A stretch of 64,000 nt of DNA, taken from contig JACVGW010000003.1 in the NCBI GenBank assembly GCA_018992565.1, positions 178-64,177 of the forward strand. Direction: 5' to 3'. This document shows, piece by piece, positions 40,022 to 50,628 of this stretch; the stretch's first letter is position 1, and every line of letters starts with the position of its first letter. Source of the DNA: Theionarchaea archaeon. Its GTDB lineage: Archaea; Methanobacteriota_B; Thermococci; Methanofastidiosales; SZ-28-30. The notes under the pieces are model-generated. The model was not told where the DNA came from. It searched no databases and worked only from the letters and a program-made list of their open reading frames with translations. The translations under genes and the position numbers were made by a program.

Positions 40022-41045
40022 GAGGCGTGTCGCTTTCGTGGGGCTCTTGCTCCCGCTCCTGGTTGTCGCAACAGGGGTTCCCATCTCCTGCTGCATTTCA
40101 GACCCAACGGTGACAGTGATATACGACGTGAATGTGAACATGGAATTACTGAAACTCCTCAGTAAGGAAGGGTTTTCATACCAACTGGTGGAAGACATTG
40201 TTCCTTCTTTTGGTGCCACTGGCACACGGGAATTCGTCATGTACAGAGCCCACTACGGACTGGCCACCGCCATGGTAGCCTCTGACATGGTGGTTTTGAA
40301 GACTCACGAGGAGAAATATGACTGGGAAACCGGGGTAAAAACAGAACTCCTCTTTCTGCAAACAATTGGAGCTATAGGATACATGGATATAGAGACAATA
40401 TCCCGGGTGGCTTCCTGGGAGACTACCTCAGGCAAGAACCTGTTTCTCATTCCAGACGAGGTAGACACTGTCGTGTTCGGGGATAACCAGTATCCTGCAG
40501 GACAATCAGTGACAACAACCTACCTCTGTATCAAGAACAGGTGGCTTGCTGTGCCAGGAAATGGTCTCGTTTCTGTGGCGGGGAGTGTCCTCACCGTGAC
40601 ATTGCTGCGATGTGGAGGAGAAATCTCAGCAGACACCAGCAAATTGTCGCTCTTTGGTCCCTTCAGAGAAGTCGTCCTTGTGTGCAACTCCATAGATTTC
40701 GAGATGACTGGCAGAGAACTCAGGACTATCCTTACTGAAAAGGGATACAGGGTAAGAAGGATAGACCCTCAGGAATTTATGGTATACCGGTGGTTTTCGC
40801 CGAGAATCATCCTCCTGGGTGGTCATGAATCACCTGAGGGCATGGGAGACATTGTTGCCTCTCTGCTCACTCAGTCTGAGAAACAGATGATTGAGAATAC
40901 AGGCCCATACCTGTTTTCAATTGAGGGTAGAGATTTCAGGAAGCAGTCCATGGTCATCCTCGCTGGAAAAGACAGGGAAGGAACTCATGATATCACAATG
41001 GACAGAATTGATGATATTGTCATGTGGATTGAGGCGTACTCCTAG
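40014..41045 (+). CDS. Secreted protein with C-terminal S-layer-like domain
   Basis: Signal peptide; IILLGGHESP...VILAGKDREGT; coupled to the clostripain gene. Confidence 0.65.
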   Translation: MHKRRVAFVGLLLPLLVVATGVPISCCISDPTVTVIYDVNVNMELLKLLSKEGFSYQLVEDIVPSFGATGTREFVMYRAHYGLATAMVASDMVVLKTHEEKYDWETGVKTELLFLQTIGAIGYMDIETISRVASWETTSGKNLFLIPDEVDTVVFGDNQYPAGQSVTTTYLCIKNRWLAVPGNGLVSVAGSVLTVTLLRCGGEISADTSKLSLFGPFREVVLVCNSIDFEMTGRELRTILTEKGYRVRRIDPQEFMVYRWFSPRIILLGGHESPEGMGDIVASLLTQSEKQMIENTGPYLFSIEGRDFRKQSMVILAGKDREGTHDITMDRIDDIVMWIEAYS

Positions 41046-41350
41046 TACATACCATTTTTGAGCGCGGGTAACTCTCTTTCAGCACAGTCTCAAGTCCATA
41101 GCGCGAAATACACTACACTACAGTGAAGTCCAACCTTGCTGACGCCGAGGATTGGCTGATTTCCAGAATATCGCTGGACATATATACGCAGGAAGGATAA
41201 AAACCAATATTCTCAATCAGTATGCCACTCTTTTTCAAAATATTCGCAATTCATGCCCCTCATATTGTGTTATTTACAATTTCTTGCCCATATTACTCAA
41301 AAAGCTTTATAAGCCTGCATGGGCAGAAGAGGAAAAGAGGGAGACTTCTC

Positions 41351-42391
41351 ATGAAGAACCTTCATAGCCTCGTCTACAGCGTAGCAAGAGCCATGTACAG
41401 GCAGGACCCTTACAAGGTAACATATGCTGTGACCTACCAGTGTAACGCGCGGTGTAAAATCTGCAACATCTGGAAGAAATATGTACAGGTGCCACAGAAA
41501 AAAGCAGAAGAATTGACCTTACCTGAGATTGGTGCTATTTTTTCACAGTTTGATCTTTCATGGGTTTCACTCACAGGGGGAGAACCCTTTCTGCGGGATG
41601 ATCTTGTTGACATTGTATCAGCTATTGAAGAGTGTAGCCCTCATCTCAGCCTGTTGACTATTCCCACCAATGGATCCTTGCCTGAGACTGCACGCAGGGC
41701 TACAGAGTCAATTCTGGAAGAAACCCGCATCCAGAATGTTGTCGTCACAGTGAGTGTAGATGGAGATGAACTCCTGCATGACGAACTGAGAGGTGTGCCC
41801 GGCCTGTGGAAAAAGGCTCGTACCTTGTATCACATGCTTTCAAGCATGGAAAATGACAGATTCAGTGTTTTGCTGGAATTCACCGTCTCTAAACACAACG
41901 CAGGCTATCTGGACAGAGCTATCCGCTCCTTTGGCGCAGACTACTCACAGGTGGTGATCACGGCTGCCCATTCGTCCTACTTCTACCGAACCGAACTTCA
42001 CCATCTTCACAACTCGAGTTCTGCTCAGCAGGTGAGTCAGTTCAATGCTTCATGCCCACGATATGATCCTCGGAGCATTCTTTCTTTTCTCTATACCCGA
42101 TTACTTGAAAAATATCTGAAGGGGACTCCTGTTCCTCTTCACTGTGTCTCTGGACGTTCATCTTTCTTTTTGGATCCATATGGGGTCTTATATCCCTGCA
42201 TAACCATGGAAACACCTTTTGGCAGTCTCCGTGAGGATTCCTTACACAATCTCCTGAAGGGAGAACGCGCATCTGCTATTATCCACCGCATAAGGGATCA
42301 CAAATGTCCTGGATGCTGGACACCCTGTGAAGCATACCAGACAATAGTGGAGAACTTGCCCCGTGCAGTCATCGCAGCCTGCACCAGATAG
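41351..42391 (+). CDS. Radical SAM protein with SPASM/twitch domain
   Basis: CNARCKIC, TGGEPF, C-terminal C...PC...CPGCWTPC. Confidence 0.9.
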   Translation: MKNLHSLVYSVARAMYRQDPYKVTYAVTYQCNARCKICNIWKKYVQVPQKKAEELTLPEIGAIFSQFDLSWVSLTGGEPFLRDDLVDIVSAIEECSPHLSLLTIPTNGSLPETARRATESILEETRIQNVVVTVSVDGDELLHDELRGVPGLWKKARTLYHMLSSMENDRFSVLLEFTVSKHNAGYLDRAIRSFGADYSQVVITAAHSSYFYRTELHHLHNSSSAQQVSQFNASCPRYDPRSILSFLYTRLLEKYLKGTPVPLHCVSGRSSFFLDPYGVLYPCITMETPFGSLREDSLHNLLKGERASAIIHRIRDHKCPGCWTPCEAYQTIVENLPRAVIAACTR

Positions 42392-42468
42392 AATGGTTCT
42401 TTGTTCTGGCAATGTACCTCACCATCTGCGGAGAGAACATATTTAAGCAATAGAATTGTTTCCATCAA

Positions 42469-42873
42469 ATGCTGAAAGGAATGCCTGCCCAGTTTATAAA
42501 ATTCTGCCTGGTAGGGAGCACCGGAGCTCTGATCCATCTGGGATTGCTCTATTTCCTCACTGAGTTCTGCAACGTGTGGTATATCCTCTCGGCCGCCCTC
42601 GGGTTCACTGCCGCTGTTTTGAACAATTTTGTGTGGAACAGAGTGTGGACCTTCAAGAGCAAGAGCCCCCGCATTCCCCAACAGCTCTTCCTGTTCTTCA
42701 TCGTAAACATTATTTCTCTCTGCATCAACCTATCCGTGCTGTTCCTGTTGACTGAATATGCAGGCATATGGTATGTAAAAGCACAGATCATAGCTATTCT
42801 TGTGGCAGTGAGTAACAACTTTCTCGGAAACAGGAGGTTCACCTTCTCGATGCTTATTCTCATCTCCTGGTAG
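42469..42873 (+). CDS. GtrA-family membrane protein
   Basis: QFIKFCLVG, NNFVWNRVWTF, NFLGNRRFTF. Confidence 0.9.
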   Translation: MLKGMPAQFIKFCLVGSTGALIHLGLLYFLTEFCNVWYILSAALGFTAAVLNNFVWNRVWTFKSKSPRIPQQLFLFFIVNIISLCINLSVLFLLTEYAGIWYVKAQIIAILVAVSNNFLGNRRFTFSMLILISW

Positions 42874-42973
42874 TCTTCTCAACTCCGATAACCTCGCCTC
42901 ATGCATGATCCATGCCCTCTGCCACCTGCTTACCAAACCTTAAAAGGGGAACTGCGTCTGTGTACCTGGTGAT

Positions 42974-43702
42974 TTGTTGGATGTTCCACGCTTCAAAATC
43001 GAGGACGTAGAGCTGCCCATTATGACATGCGGATCGGCTCCTTTCATAGGACTCGGATACTTCGGATTTTCAGCTTTCAACTACAGAGTGAAATTCTACA
43101 ATCATCCAGATAACATGGCAGACATATTTACCCACTTTGTCAGGCAGGGATGCAAGAGTGCACATGTGCTGTGTTACGACAATATCATGAAGGCAATCAG
43201 GATGGCTTATGAAGTGGAGAAGTTTCCCATCATGGCATCTCTGGTTTCCGCAAAATCCATTGCTTCGCAACTGAAAGCCCTCTCTCGCCTGGAGACAGTC
43301 CTGGTCTTTGTGGACCCTTTGCAGAGCGATGCCCTCAACGTGTCCACCCTTCAGAAAACCATCAAATCCATACGAGATGCAGGAATGGTACCGGGCCTGG
43401 CCACATACATACCTGGCAGCACCATCCCTGCAGTTGAAGATATTGGACTGGACATTGCTGCATATTTAGTTCCTGTGAATAAGCAGGGAAAATACATGCA
43501 GCCCACAAAAGAAAAGACACTTGCTGCCATAGCCAGCACAGACAAGAAAATCGTAGCGATGAAACCCCTGGCCATAGGGAAGATATCGCCCCGAGAAGGG
43601 TTCCCCTTCGTTCTGGAACACTGCCATGGATTCTGTGTGGGATTCACCAGCAAAGAACAGGTTGATGAGGCCTATCACGTTCTCAGTGAGATTACCCCCT
43701 AG
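42974..43702 (+). CDS. TIM-barrel protein, aldo/keto-reductase-like
   Basis: LVPVNKQG...KKIVAMKPLAIGKISPREG resembles the AKR-like C-terminus. Confidence 0.55.
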   Translation: MLDVPRFKIEDVELPIMTCGSAPFIGLGYFGFSAFNYRVKFYNHPDNMADIFTHFVRQGCKSAHVLCYDNIMKAIRMAYEVEKFPIMASLVSAKSIASQLKALSRLETVLVFVDPLQSDALNVSTLQKTIKSIRDAGMVPGLATYIPGSTIPAVEDIGLDIAAYLVPVNKQGKYMQPTKEKTLAAIASTDKKIVAMKPLAIGKISPREGFPFVLEHCHGFCVGFTSKEQVDEAYHVLSEITP

Positions 43703-43735
43703 TTCTGGAGCATAAGAGAGGATCAATTGTCCAGA

Positions 43736-44716
43736 CTAGGACTGAGATGTGAGGAATGCATCAATGAGCGGTGTGCAGTCCAGAGCCTGTTCAGGATAGT
43801 CTCTGGTGAAGGTCTTGGAGGGAACAGTGTTTGTCACCAGCAGGTCCTTTCCCAGAATATCCACAAGTCGTCTCAAGTTATCCTCCCCAGTTATGAGAGG
43901 AAGTGCATGAGTTGCAGCAAAGGCGAATTGCGTGGCACCCTTTTCAAGGGTATGCTCCCTGGTTTTCAGCAGCGTGCCCCCGGTAAGAATAAGATCATCC
44001 ACAAAAGTAAGGCTCTTTCCTTCTACAGGGAAATCACCCATGAGTGTACTCTCTACTGAGCTGGTTCTCTTCTTCCCAAATCCGTCCAGTCCCAGTCGGA
44101 CCTGTGCTCCTTCATCAGGAGCGACAAGTTCTGACCCGGGAAATCTCTTCTTGATTTCCTCAAGCAGGTATGGTACCATGGACAGGTCAATAATTCTTCC
44201 ACTGGCTCTCAACGTAGTGAACCACTCCACATTCCAGGGGTGAGGATCAATTATACCCACTCGGGAAACGTAGTGCAGAAACACCTCAAGAGCACTTCGT
44301 GCTGAATTACATTCCCCTGTCCTCACTGCATGATCCTGCTTTCCCGAAGGCATACACGTGAGAAGGAGAAGTATCTCCCGGGGATTCTCAAGGGGAGAAT
44401 GTCTGTATTCCTTGTGGCCCACTTCCTCCACTGAATAGAGGTTTCTGAGCAGGTGCAGGATCTGGATTACCTCGAAAATTCTGTCCTGAGTGGTGAATTT
44501 TTCCTGTTCTAATTCGCCTGAATAGTTGCCTGACTGGATAACACACACCTTTTTCCCCTGAAGCTTTTCAATTTCCTCTATGCGCGTGTATAAGTCCCCA
44601 TTGTAAAAGAACCGTCTTCCATCGTAGTTCAGTCCTGAAGTGAATACCTGATACCCTCTCTTTTCAAGTGGCTCTTTCAGATGTTCAGCGCCAGAAGCCA
44701 GAATGAGGTTCCACAT
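43736..44716 (-). CDS. prs: Ribose-phosphate pyrophosphokinase-like protein (divergent)
   Basis: FYNGDLYTRI, GKQDH, IDPH, VAPDEGA, FVDDLILTGGTL, ATHA, TNTV. Confidence 0.8.
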   Translation of the reverse strand: MWNLILASGAEHLKEPLEKRGYQVFTSGLNYDGRRFFYNGDLYTRIEEIEKLQGKKVCVIQSGNYSGELEQEKFTTQDRIFEVIQILHLLRNLYSVEEVGHKEYRHSPLENPREILLLLTCMPSGKQDHAVRTGECNSARSALEVFLHYVSRVGIIDPHPWNVEWFTTLRASGRIIDLSMVPYLLEEIKKRFPGSELVAPDEGAQVRLGLDGFGKKRTSSVESTLMGDFPVEGKSLTFVDDLILTGGTLLKTREHTLEKGATQFAFAATHALPLITGEDNLRRLVDILGKDLLVTNTVPSKTFTRDYPEQALDCTPLIDAFLTSQS

Positions 44717-44720
44717 GTCC

Positions 44721-46682
44721 TCACCTCCTGAGTTCTACCAGGCCATGCTCTTCCAGGAATCCAAAATACCATTTCAGAAACTCAAGTGAGCTCTGCCCTA
44801 TCTCATAGGTGAGCAGTCTGTTTATTTCTGAGAGTGTCCTCTCACCATCACTCCAGTACACAGCCAGAGTTTCCAGAAGCCGGGACGCTTTGACACCTTC
44901 TTGTTTCTTCTCGAAAGCTCTCCGCTGTTCAAAAGACATGTCCAGAAGGACCTTTCGTGTTGAGATTGGCCCAGGATAGACTCTCACAGGTACCCAGGTG
45001 CATTCCTCCTGGTTCTCCTTTTCAGGGGCGCTCTCATACTGCTTCACTCTCTCTTTTTCTGCAGACACCACCTGCTTCAGCTCGTTCTCAAGGGGTTCTG
45101 TATCAATTTCTGCCAGCGTTTTGACAGAACGAATAGCATGGATTTCTCGATCCAGGAGATAGTCAAGCTGCCCCACATAGTCCCAGGTCGCATCTCGTTC
45201 TTTTTCTCCTTCTATTCCTCTTCCTTTTCCATCTTTTTGCTTTTTCTTATCAGTCCCATGCTTCTTGAGTTCTTCATCAGCCAGAATGGTGACAATCTCC
45301 CGTCCTTTTCGTATGATTCGTTCCTTTGCCTTTTCCATGACGATGAAAGCCAGCCATTGTGCTTCCTCTTCTCCTGCTGCAGCTATGAAATATGCATAGG
45401 TAGCTGTGAGAATACTGACTCTCTTCATTGAAGCAGGATCAATCTTGTCTATGGTATCCAGTGACGAATGATAGAACATGTCGGGCCACTGAATAATCAT
45501 GGGGCAGGGAACTCCCACTGTTGGATCCGACAATACCAGGTGATCACTCCCACCAGAAAAGGGTGTGACTGCATGTCTGAATGTGGCATACTTGGTACTG
45601 CCAGAGAAATTACCGATCTCATGGGTGAGCTTCTCAAATATGACTTCAGCCAGGTCATTCACAAAAGAAGGCATAGCATGAGGAGTCCTCTCCAGCAGCA
45701 GGGTGGAGTTGCACACCTCCTGGGTTTCCCCCACCATGTCCAGGTTAAGCGCTGCCACCATCCCGGGCAGGTCCTTCTCATGGGAGGCAAGGTACGCCAC
45801 TGTCCCGTGAATTTCAGGAACCAGAAGAAATCGGATGCTTCTCCTGGGGTTCTTCAGCTTGTTCTCGTCAATGAGATGCTTCAATGCCCTGGCAACCTCC
45901 ATGAGTGCCCCATCTCCAGAAGCATTGTCATTGGCACTGGGCTGAGGATGGCATAAATGAGCAACCACCAGGACCTCCTCATCTGACTCGCCGGGAATCA
46001 CTGCATCCACCACTTCCATTGCTCCCGGGTACAGTGAAGACTCAATCGTCATTCTCCCTTTCACGCTCTTGGTTTCTCTTACCATTTTTCTCAGGGCTTC
46101 TCCTTTTCGAGGTGAAAGTACAAACCCTGACGCTTTCTCTCCCCAGAAAGAGAAATAATGAACAGCATCAGGAACATCAATCCGGGTTCTCTCACTGATT
46201 TCCCGTATTCCAGAGGTTAGTATCCCTGCAGCCCCATAGTGCAGAGCCAAATCTTTGATCTTTTCCAAAGACAATGGGGAATGAATGATTTTTCCTTTAA
46301 TATTTTGGAAATCTTTTTCATCATCGCCGTCAATATGGACTATTTCCGCTTCAACAGCCACAGGATGGCTTCTCTGTATCAAAGAGACTTTTTCATCTCT
46401 GAAATCTGCCCATATTTTCCCTTCAATCTCCAGGACAGCAGAGTCAACCTTCCACTCGTCAGGAAGCAGGTATGACCAGTACATGGTCCTGCCATCAGCG
46501 GGAAACTCGCACACGTGGCAGTCGAGACCCCACTCTTTGAGTTGGTTGCAGCACCACAATGCAGCCTCTCTAAAATGGGGTGAAACCTGTATTCGGTGAA
46601 ATCTGGTAACCTCATGAGCCAGATTTTTTGCGTTCTGGCCTGATATCTCTTTTTCTACTGCGTGAAAGATGTAGTCAAACAT
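44721..46682 (-). CDS. DUF4910 / M28-family zinc aminopeptidase-like protein
   Basis: AHLCHP, ANDNASG, VPEIHG, NLDMVG, GSDH, YHSSLD; C-terminal winged HTH. Confidence 0.85.
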   Translation of the reverse strand: MFDYIFHAVEKEISGQNAKNLAHEVTRFHRIQVSPHFREAALWCCNQLKEWGLDCHVCEFPADGRTMYWSYLLPDEWKVDSAVLEIEGKIWADFRDEKVSLIQRSHPVAVEAEIVHIDGDDEKDFQNIKGKIIHSPLSLEKIKDLALHYGAAGILTSGIREISERTRIDVPDAVHYFSFWGEKASGFVLSPRKGEALRKMVRETKSVKGRMTIESSLYPGAMEVVDAVIPGESDEEVLVVAHLCHPQPSANDNASGDGALMEVARALKHLIDENKLKNPRRSIRFLLVPEIHGTVAYLASHEKDLPGMVAALNLDMVGETQEVCNSTLLLERTPHAMPSFVNDLAEVIFEKLTHEIGNFSGSTKYATFRHAVTPFSGGSDHLVLSDPTVGVPCPMIIQWPDMFYHSSLDTIDKIDPASMKRVSILTATYAYFIAAAGEEEAQWLAFIVMEKAKERIIRKGREIVTILADEELKKHGTDKKKQKDGKGRGIEGEKERDATWDYVGQLDYLLDREIHAIRSVKTLAEIDTEPLENELKQVVSAEKERVKQYESAPEKENQEECTWVPVRVYPGPISTRKVLLDMSFEQRRAFEKKQEGVKASRLLETLAVYWSDGERTLSEINRLLTYEIGQSSLEFLKWYFGFLEEHGLVELRR

Positions 46683-46735
46683 GGACTGAGATGAGGACTA
46701 CGGCTTATAATTGTTATGGTTTAGAGGTCTGAAAA

Positions 46736-48094
46736 TCATCCTGCCACTTCGATTTCCTCAAAGGCGAGCTGCTCATACCGCTCCATGACTCTCTCATAAA
46801 ATCCCGGCAGAAACGTTCTTCCATCCTTTGCTGGACATCTGTTGTTGATAAGGTTGTGAGGGTTTCTGATTCCCCGCATTCGATTCGGTGATTCCTCCCA
46901 TATTGCCCTGAGAGGTGTCTCCAGCACATTGCCATAGACAGTCTCTTCATCGAATCGTCCTGGACATACCTGCACAATACCATTGGCTCTGATGTACAGA
47001 CCTACTGCAGCCTGGTTACATGGAGTACACCCCACATATGCTGCAATACCTTCTGTCTGGATTTCCTCGTGAGTCTGCACCCCTTTTTTCACATTGTACA
47101 CGTAAATCCTGGCGTATAACTCAACTAACCGGCTTTGCCATTCTTCTGCAGTCAACACTCTTTTCTGTCTCTCCAGCTGGCTGCATCCCTTTCCGCTGAC
47201 CATTGAAGGTGTCATAAAGATAGGAGTCCCCCGTTCCACAAAGAAGGCATAAATATGGAAAGATTCCTCAAGGTTTTCAGGGACGATAGGAGCATTAATC
47301 ATGCACAACCTGTCGGTCACACTATTCCTGTAGAAAGCAGATTCAAACAAATATTCCAGAGCTCTGTCTCTCAAAAGGGAATATTCCTGCAACCCTTTGA
47401 TATCCCCGTTTTCACTAACGGTGGTCACTAGACTATTCTGTCTTACATGGTCAAATGACTGGAAGGAAAACAGGAGCGACACTCCTTGATTTCCGGCAAG
47501 TTCATCTACCAGTGCCTCTGCGTCCATTCCCTGGTACTTCTGCGCCAGTTCATCACTCCCCAGAATGGCACCTTTGGTAAAAATGCAGAAATGGACTTTT
47601 CTCTCCGAATACATGTCGATGATTTCGAACAACTGTGGGTTCATCAGCAGCTCACCCGGGCCCAGGAACTTCACATATTCGAAATCATGACCTTCTGAAT
47701 CTGCTATCTCCCTGGCCTGGTCAATCACTCCAAAAGTCTCTTTGAGAGTCATCATTCGGTTAATTCTCTGCGTTCCTGATCCATCGAGTGCTGCTTTTCC
47801 ATCGAACCCCACTTTGTACTGGGAATAGACTGCACTCTCCTCATTGAAACAAAAAGGGCAGTTATGCAGACACAGTGCTCTTCTGTACAGAGAGGCCACA
47901 CATTCAGTCTCCTGTGGATCGTTGTGCCGTGCCACCACATCTTCTGGAATGTGTTCCAGATCCAGCATATAGAGCCCGGGAACTGCATCTGTCGTGTACA
48001 GTCCTTTTGCCGTATTTTTCCATCCATGCCTTACCTTTCCTGGAAAAACTGCCGGGAATCTCTTTTCCAGCATTTCCTTTGACATACACATCAC
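46736..48094 (-). CDS. Radical SAM protein with SPASM/twitch-like C-terminus
   Basis: CLHNCPFC, GPGELLMNP, C-terminal PCNQ...IRANGIVQVCPG...YGNV...IW...RCP. Start may be 48091 or 48085. Confidence 0.85.
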   Translation of the reverse strand: MMCMSKEMLEKRFPAVFPGKVRHGWKNTAKGLYTTDAVPGLYMLDLEHIPEDVVARHNDPQETECVASLYRRALCLHNCPFCFNEESAVYSQYKVGFDGKAALDGSGTQRINRMMTLKETFGVIDQAREIADSEGHDFEYVKFLGPGELLMNPQLFEIIDMYSERKVHFCIFTKGAILGSDELAQKYQGMDAEALVDELAGNQGVSLLFSFQSFDHVRQNSLVTTVSENGDIKGLQEYSLLRDRALEYLFESAFYRNSVTDRLCMINAPIVPENLEESFHIYAFFVERGTPIFMTPSMVSGKGCSQLERQKRVLTAEEWQSRLVELYARIYVYNVKKGVQTHEEIQTEGIAAYVGCTPCNQAAVGLYIRANGIVQVCPGRFDEETVYGNVLETPLRAIWEESPNRMRGIRNPHNLINNRCPAKDGRTFLPGFYERVMERYEQLAFEEIEVAG

Positions 48095-48452
48095 ACTCCT
48101 TCTTTCGGTTTGAAGCAGTTTCTTAATGTATGCTATGGTTACTATATAAATCTTACTATTTCTACGTCAATGATGAATAACCTTAATAAAAAGGTAATAT
48201 ATCCTTTTTCAATCTCACTTTTTCACACAATAAGGTTGCATCCATTAATTCACAAAGAGGAGAAAAGAGAAAAAAGTCAGAAGAGCAGTGCGAAGAGACG
48301 CCAAGGCACTTCGGTCTCGATTCTATCCAATATAACAATGGGCAGTATGCAAAGACTATCGCACAGCTACGAAAGGCTCACAAATCCCTGGAGTCTTGAA
48401 AATCTGTGCTTCTTGGGAAGCAGAGGTCCATCTGATCTGGAGGTATCCTGTT

Positions 48453-50285
48453 TCATTCTTCTGTTTGCTGCAGAGCCTTTACAGAAACGATGGAAATGAA
48501 TCGTTCCCTCTCATGGTCGACATACAGCAGGTGCACGCTCTCCAATTGATATACAGCCTCGTCCAATTCGTAGACAGACATTCCAGTCATTTTCTCCAAC
48601 TGAGATCTGGGCGTAACGCTGTCACAGCACTTAAGAACGACAGTTTCCTGTTCAGTAAGCAGATACGTTTTGTTTCCGCTGAAACTGTTGGTTTCTTCAA
48701 TGAGAGATGTTCCGTCGCGGAATTCCAGCCAGATGTAGGAAATATCAGCTCTCTGATACTGTTCCAATAATTGGACAAATTCATCCCACAGCTGATGGTG
48801 TTCCAGAGTGCGAGCTCTGAATCCAAAAAAGTCCCATCTCTGATCCGGTGGAATGCTGTTAAGCCTCTCAATTTCCTCATATAGTATATTAACCACCCAC
48901 CTGGTCTTCAGTGCATCAGGAAGGGTTTCATTGTAGTATGGTGTCCCTTTGTACAGGCTGAGCTCAGAGGGAGTCAAATGATACCATGGCAGAAAGAATC
49001 GCAGATACATGAGATTCTCAATGCTCTCAATTACATCCTCTTCACGTTCCTGAGGAAGGTTTCGAATGACATTCGAGCCAGAAATATCCACCCCGTAGTC
49101 CCTTCCGAATTTGAAGGCCTGTATGTTCTCTGAAACTCGGTGCATCTTTCTCATGCCGTGCAGCAGTGGATCGCTCAGCGACTCAAATCCTATCTGGATA
49201 TGCATTCGTATCTTGCTCATCATCTCAACATAGTCCCGGGATAATGCAGTGGGAGAAATGGTTATCCACATGTGATATGGCTTTTTCCGTCTATCTACGC
49301 TTGCCAGCAATCCTTTGAGGAGCGCTCTGAAGTCAACATCACGTTTCCTTCCAAAGTCAGTATCAAGAAAAACAAACCGATGAGTGGCATGCCTCTGTGA
49401 TTGATATTCTATTTCATCGACAACTTCCTGCACTGGTCTTTCGTAGTAGGAATCCCCTCTGTTTACGCCGCAGAATTTGCATTTATTCCATTTACATGAC
49501 CGAACCCCCAGTATTGGAATCGCTGGGGAAATATCCAGTCCATACTGATCGACTCTTTCAAAGTAGTCTGTGTGGTCTGCCCATGGGAGAGCTTCCGGGC
49601 GGAAGTCGCCAACCTTTTTTGTGCAGGTCAAAACACCCTTCTTGCGGTAGACCAGCCGGGGAACCTCTGAGAGAGCTTCTACATCTTCCATTCGCTTCGC
49701 CAATTCTCCCAGGGGGACCTCACCTTCACCCCATATGGCAAAATCTACATTCCTCTGTACCTCCATGAAAGTCTGTGCATCCTCCAGAGTTGCCAGCCCT
49801 CCCACAACAACGCGGATATTGGGGTTCAAACGTTTCAGAGCGGACCAGATATAGCTGTTCAATATCCATTGATAGAAATTCACGGTGAAGCCAGCCATAT
49901 CTGCATCTGCCATGTCATCATTCTCAAGTGAATAATCCACAAAGGCTTTGAAGTCCTCCCCAATCCTGGTCATTTTCTCACGAATCGCATATGAAGTGAT
50001 GAGAGACTCAATCGTGGTGAGACCCTTCACATGTGGAGTCTCAAAGAAAAAACGGGATAAATAAATAGTCAAAACAGTTGGCGCTTCAAATATGTCAATG
50101 CATCTCTCTCGAAATCTCGAAAAAAGAGATGTCAAAGGGGTTATGATCTCGTCAGGAGGGAGGTACCAGTAAATATTCCTGACAGCAAGGTGCTGGGATG
50201 CTGTGCTCTTGAGGTATCCCAGAGCAGCATTCGGAATTTCCATGAGATATGGGAAATTCGCATGAAGATGGAGAGCTCGGACCAT
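48453..50285 (-). CDS. Cobalamin-binding (class B) radical SAM protein, RiPP-maturation type, with C-terminal winged-HTH/RRE-like domain
   Basis: B12 domain (GFTVNFYQ, LKRLNPNIRVVVGG, GEGE), RSCKWNKCKFC, QIGFESLS, terminal YLLTEQETVVLKCCD...LDEAVYQLESVHLL. Confidence 0.85.
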   Translation of the reverse strand: MVRALHLHANFPYLMEIPNAALGYLKSTASQHLAVRNIYWYLPPDEIITPLTSLFSRFRERCIDIFEAPTVLTIYLSRFFFETPHVKGLTTIESLITSYAIREKMTRIGEDFKAFVDYSLENDDMADADMAGFTVNFYQWILNSYIWSALKRLNPNIRVVVGGLATLEDAQTFMEVQRNVDFAIWGEGEVPLGELAKRMEDVEALSEVPRLVYRKKGVLTCTKKVGDFRPEALPWADHTDYFERVDQYGLDISPAIPILGVRSCKWNKCKFCGVNRGDSYYERPVQEVVDEIEYQSQRHATHRFVFLDTDFGRKRDVDFRALLKGLLASVDRRKKPYHMWITISPTALSRDYVEMMSKIRMHIQIGFESLSDPLLHGMRKMHRVSENIQAFKFGRDYGVDISGSNVIRNLPQEREEDVIESIENLMYLRFFLPWYHLTPSELSLYKGTPYYNETLPDALKTRWVVNILYEEIERLNSIPPDQRWDFFGFRARTLEHHQLWDEFVQLLEQYQRADISYIWLEFRDGTSLIEETNSFSGNKTYLLTEQETVVLKCCDSVTPRSQLEKMTGMSVYELDEAVYQLESVHLLYVDHERERFISIVSVKALQQTEE

Positions 50286-50628
50286 GCACTAAGGTTTATC
50301 CTGACTATATATAGGTTTGTAATTTTCCGGTTATTACAAAAGGGAGTAAGCACGTCTTTCCACAATCTTTTATCAGTGCTGCCTCTTCACACATCTAAAA
50401 TCTCTAAAATAAGATAAAATCGTTTTTTATAATGAAATCACTCTTGTGATAAGAATATCCATAGTTTGAGCTGAATTTCATAAGTAAAGAATAGATAAAG
50501 TTTCAAATTTAATATCTTTTTCAAGGAAAGTATATTTTCAAACTGCTTCTCGAATATAATTCTACATGGGGGGCTCAATCACTTGACATCCTGATCCCAC
50601 AAAGTCAGTTCAAATAGCGAAAAAGAAA

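Noticed and set aside
44721..46682. M28/DUF4910 peptidase as part of the RiPP cluster
   Set aside because: It has its own TATA-like element at about 46704-46712 and is coupled to prs, so it is more likely housekeeping. Not fully excluded.
48110..48499. Possible second precursor peptide between the two radical SAM genes
   Set aside because: Short ORFs on both strands lack an SD, a leader/core pattern or biased composition; the region looks like a terminator plus promoter.
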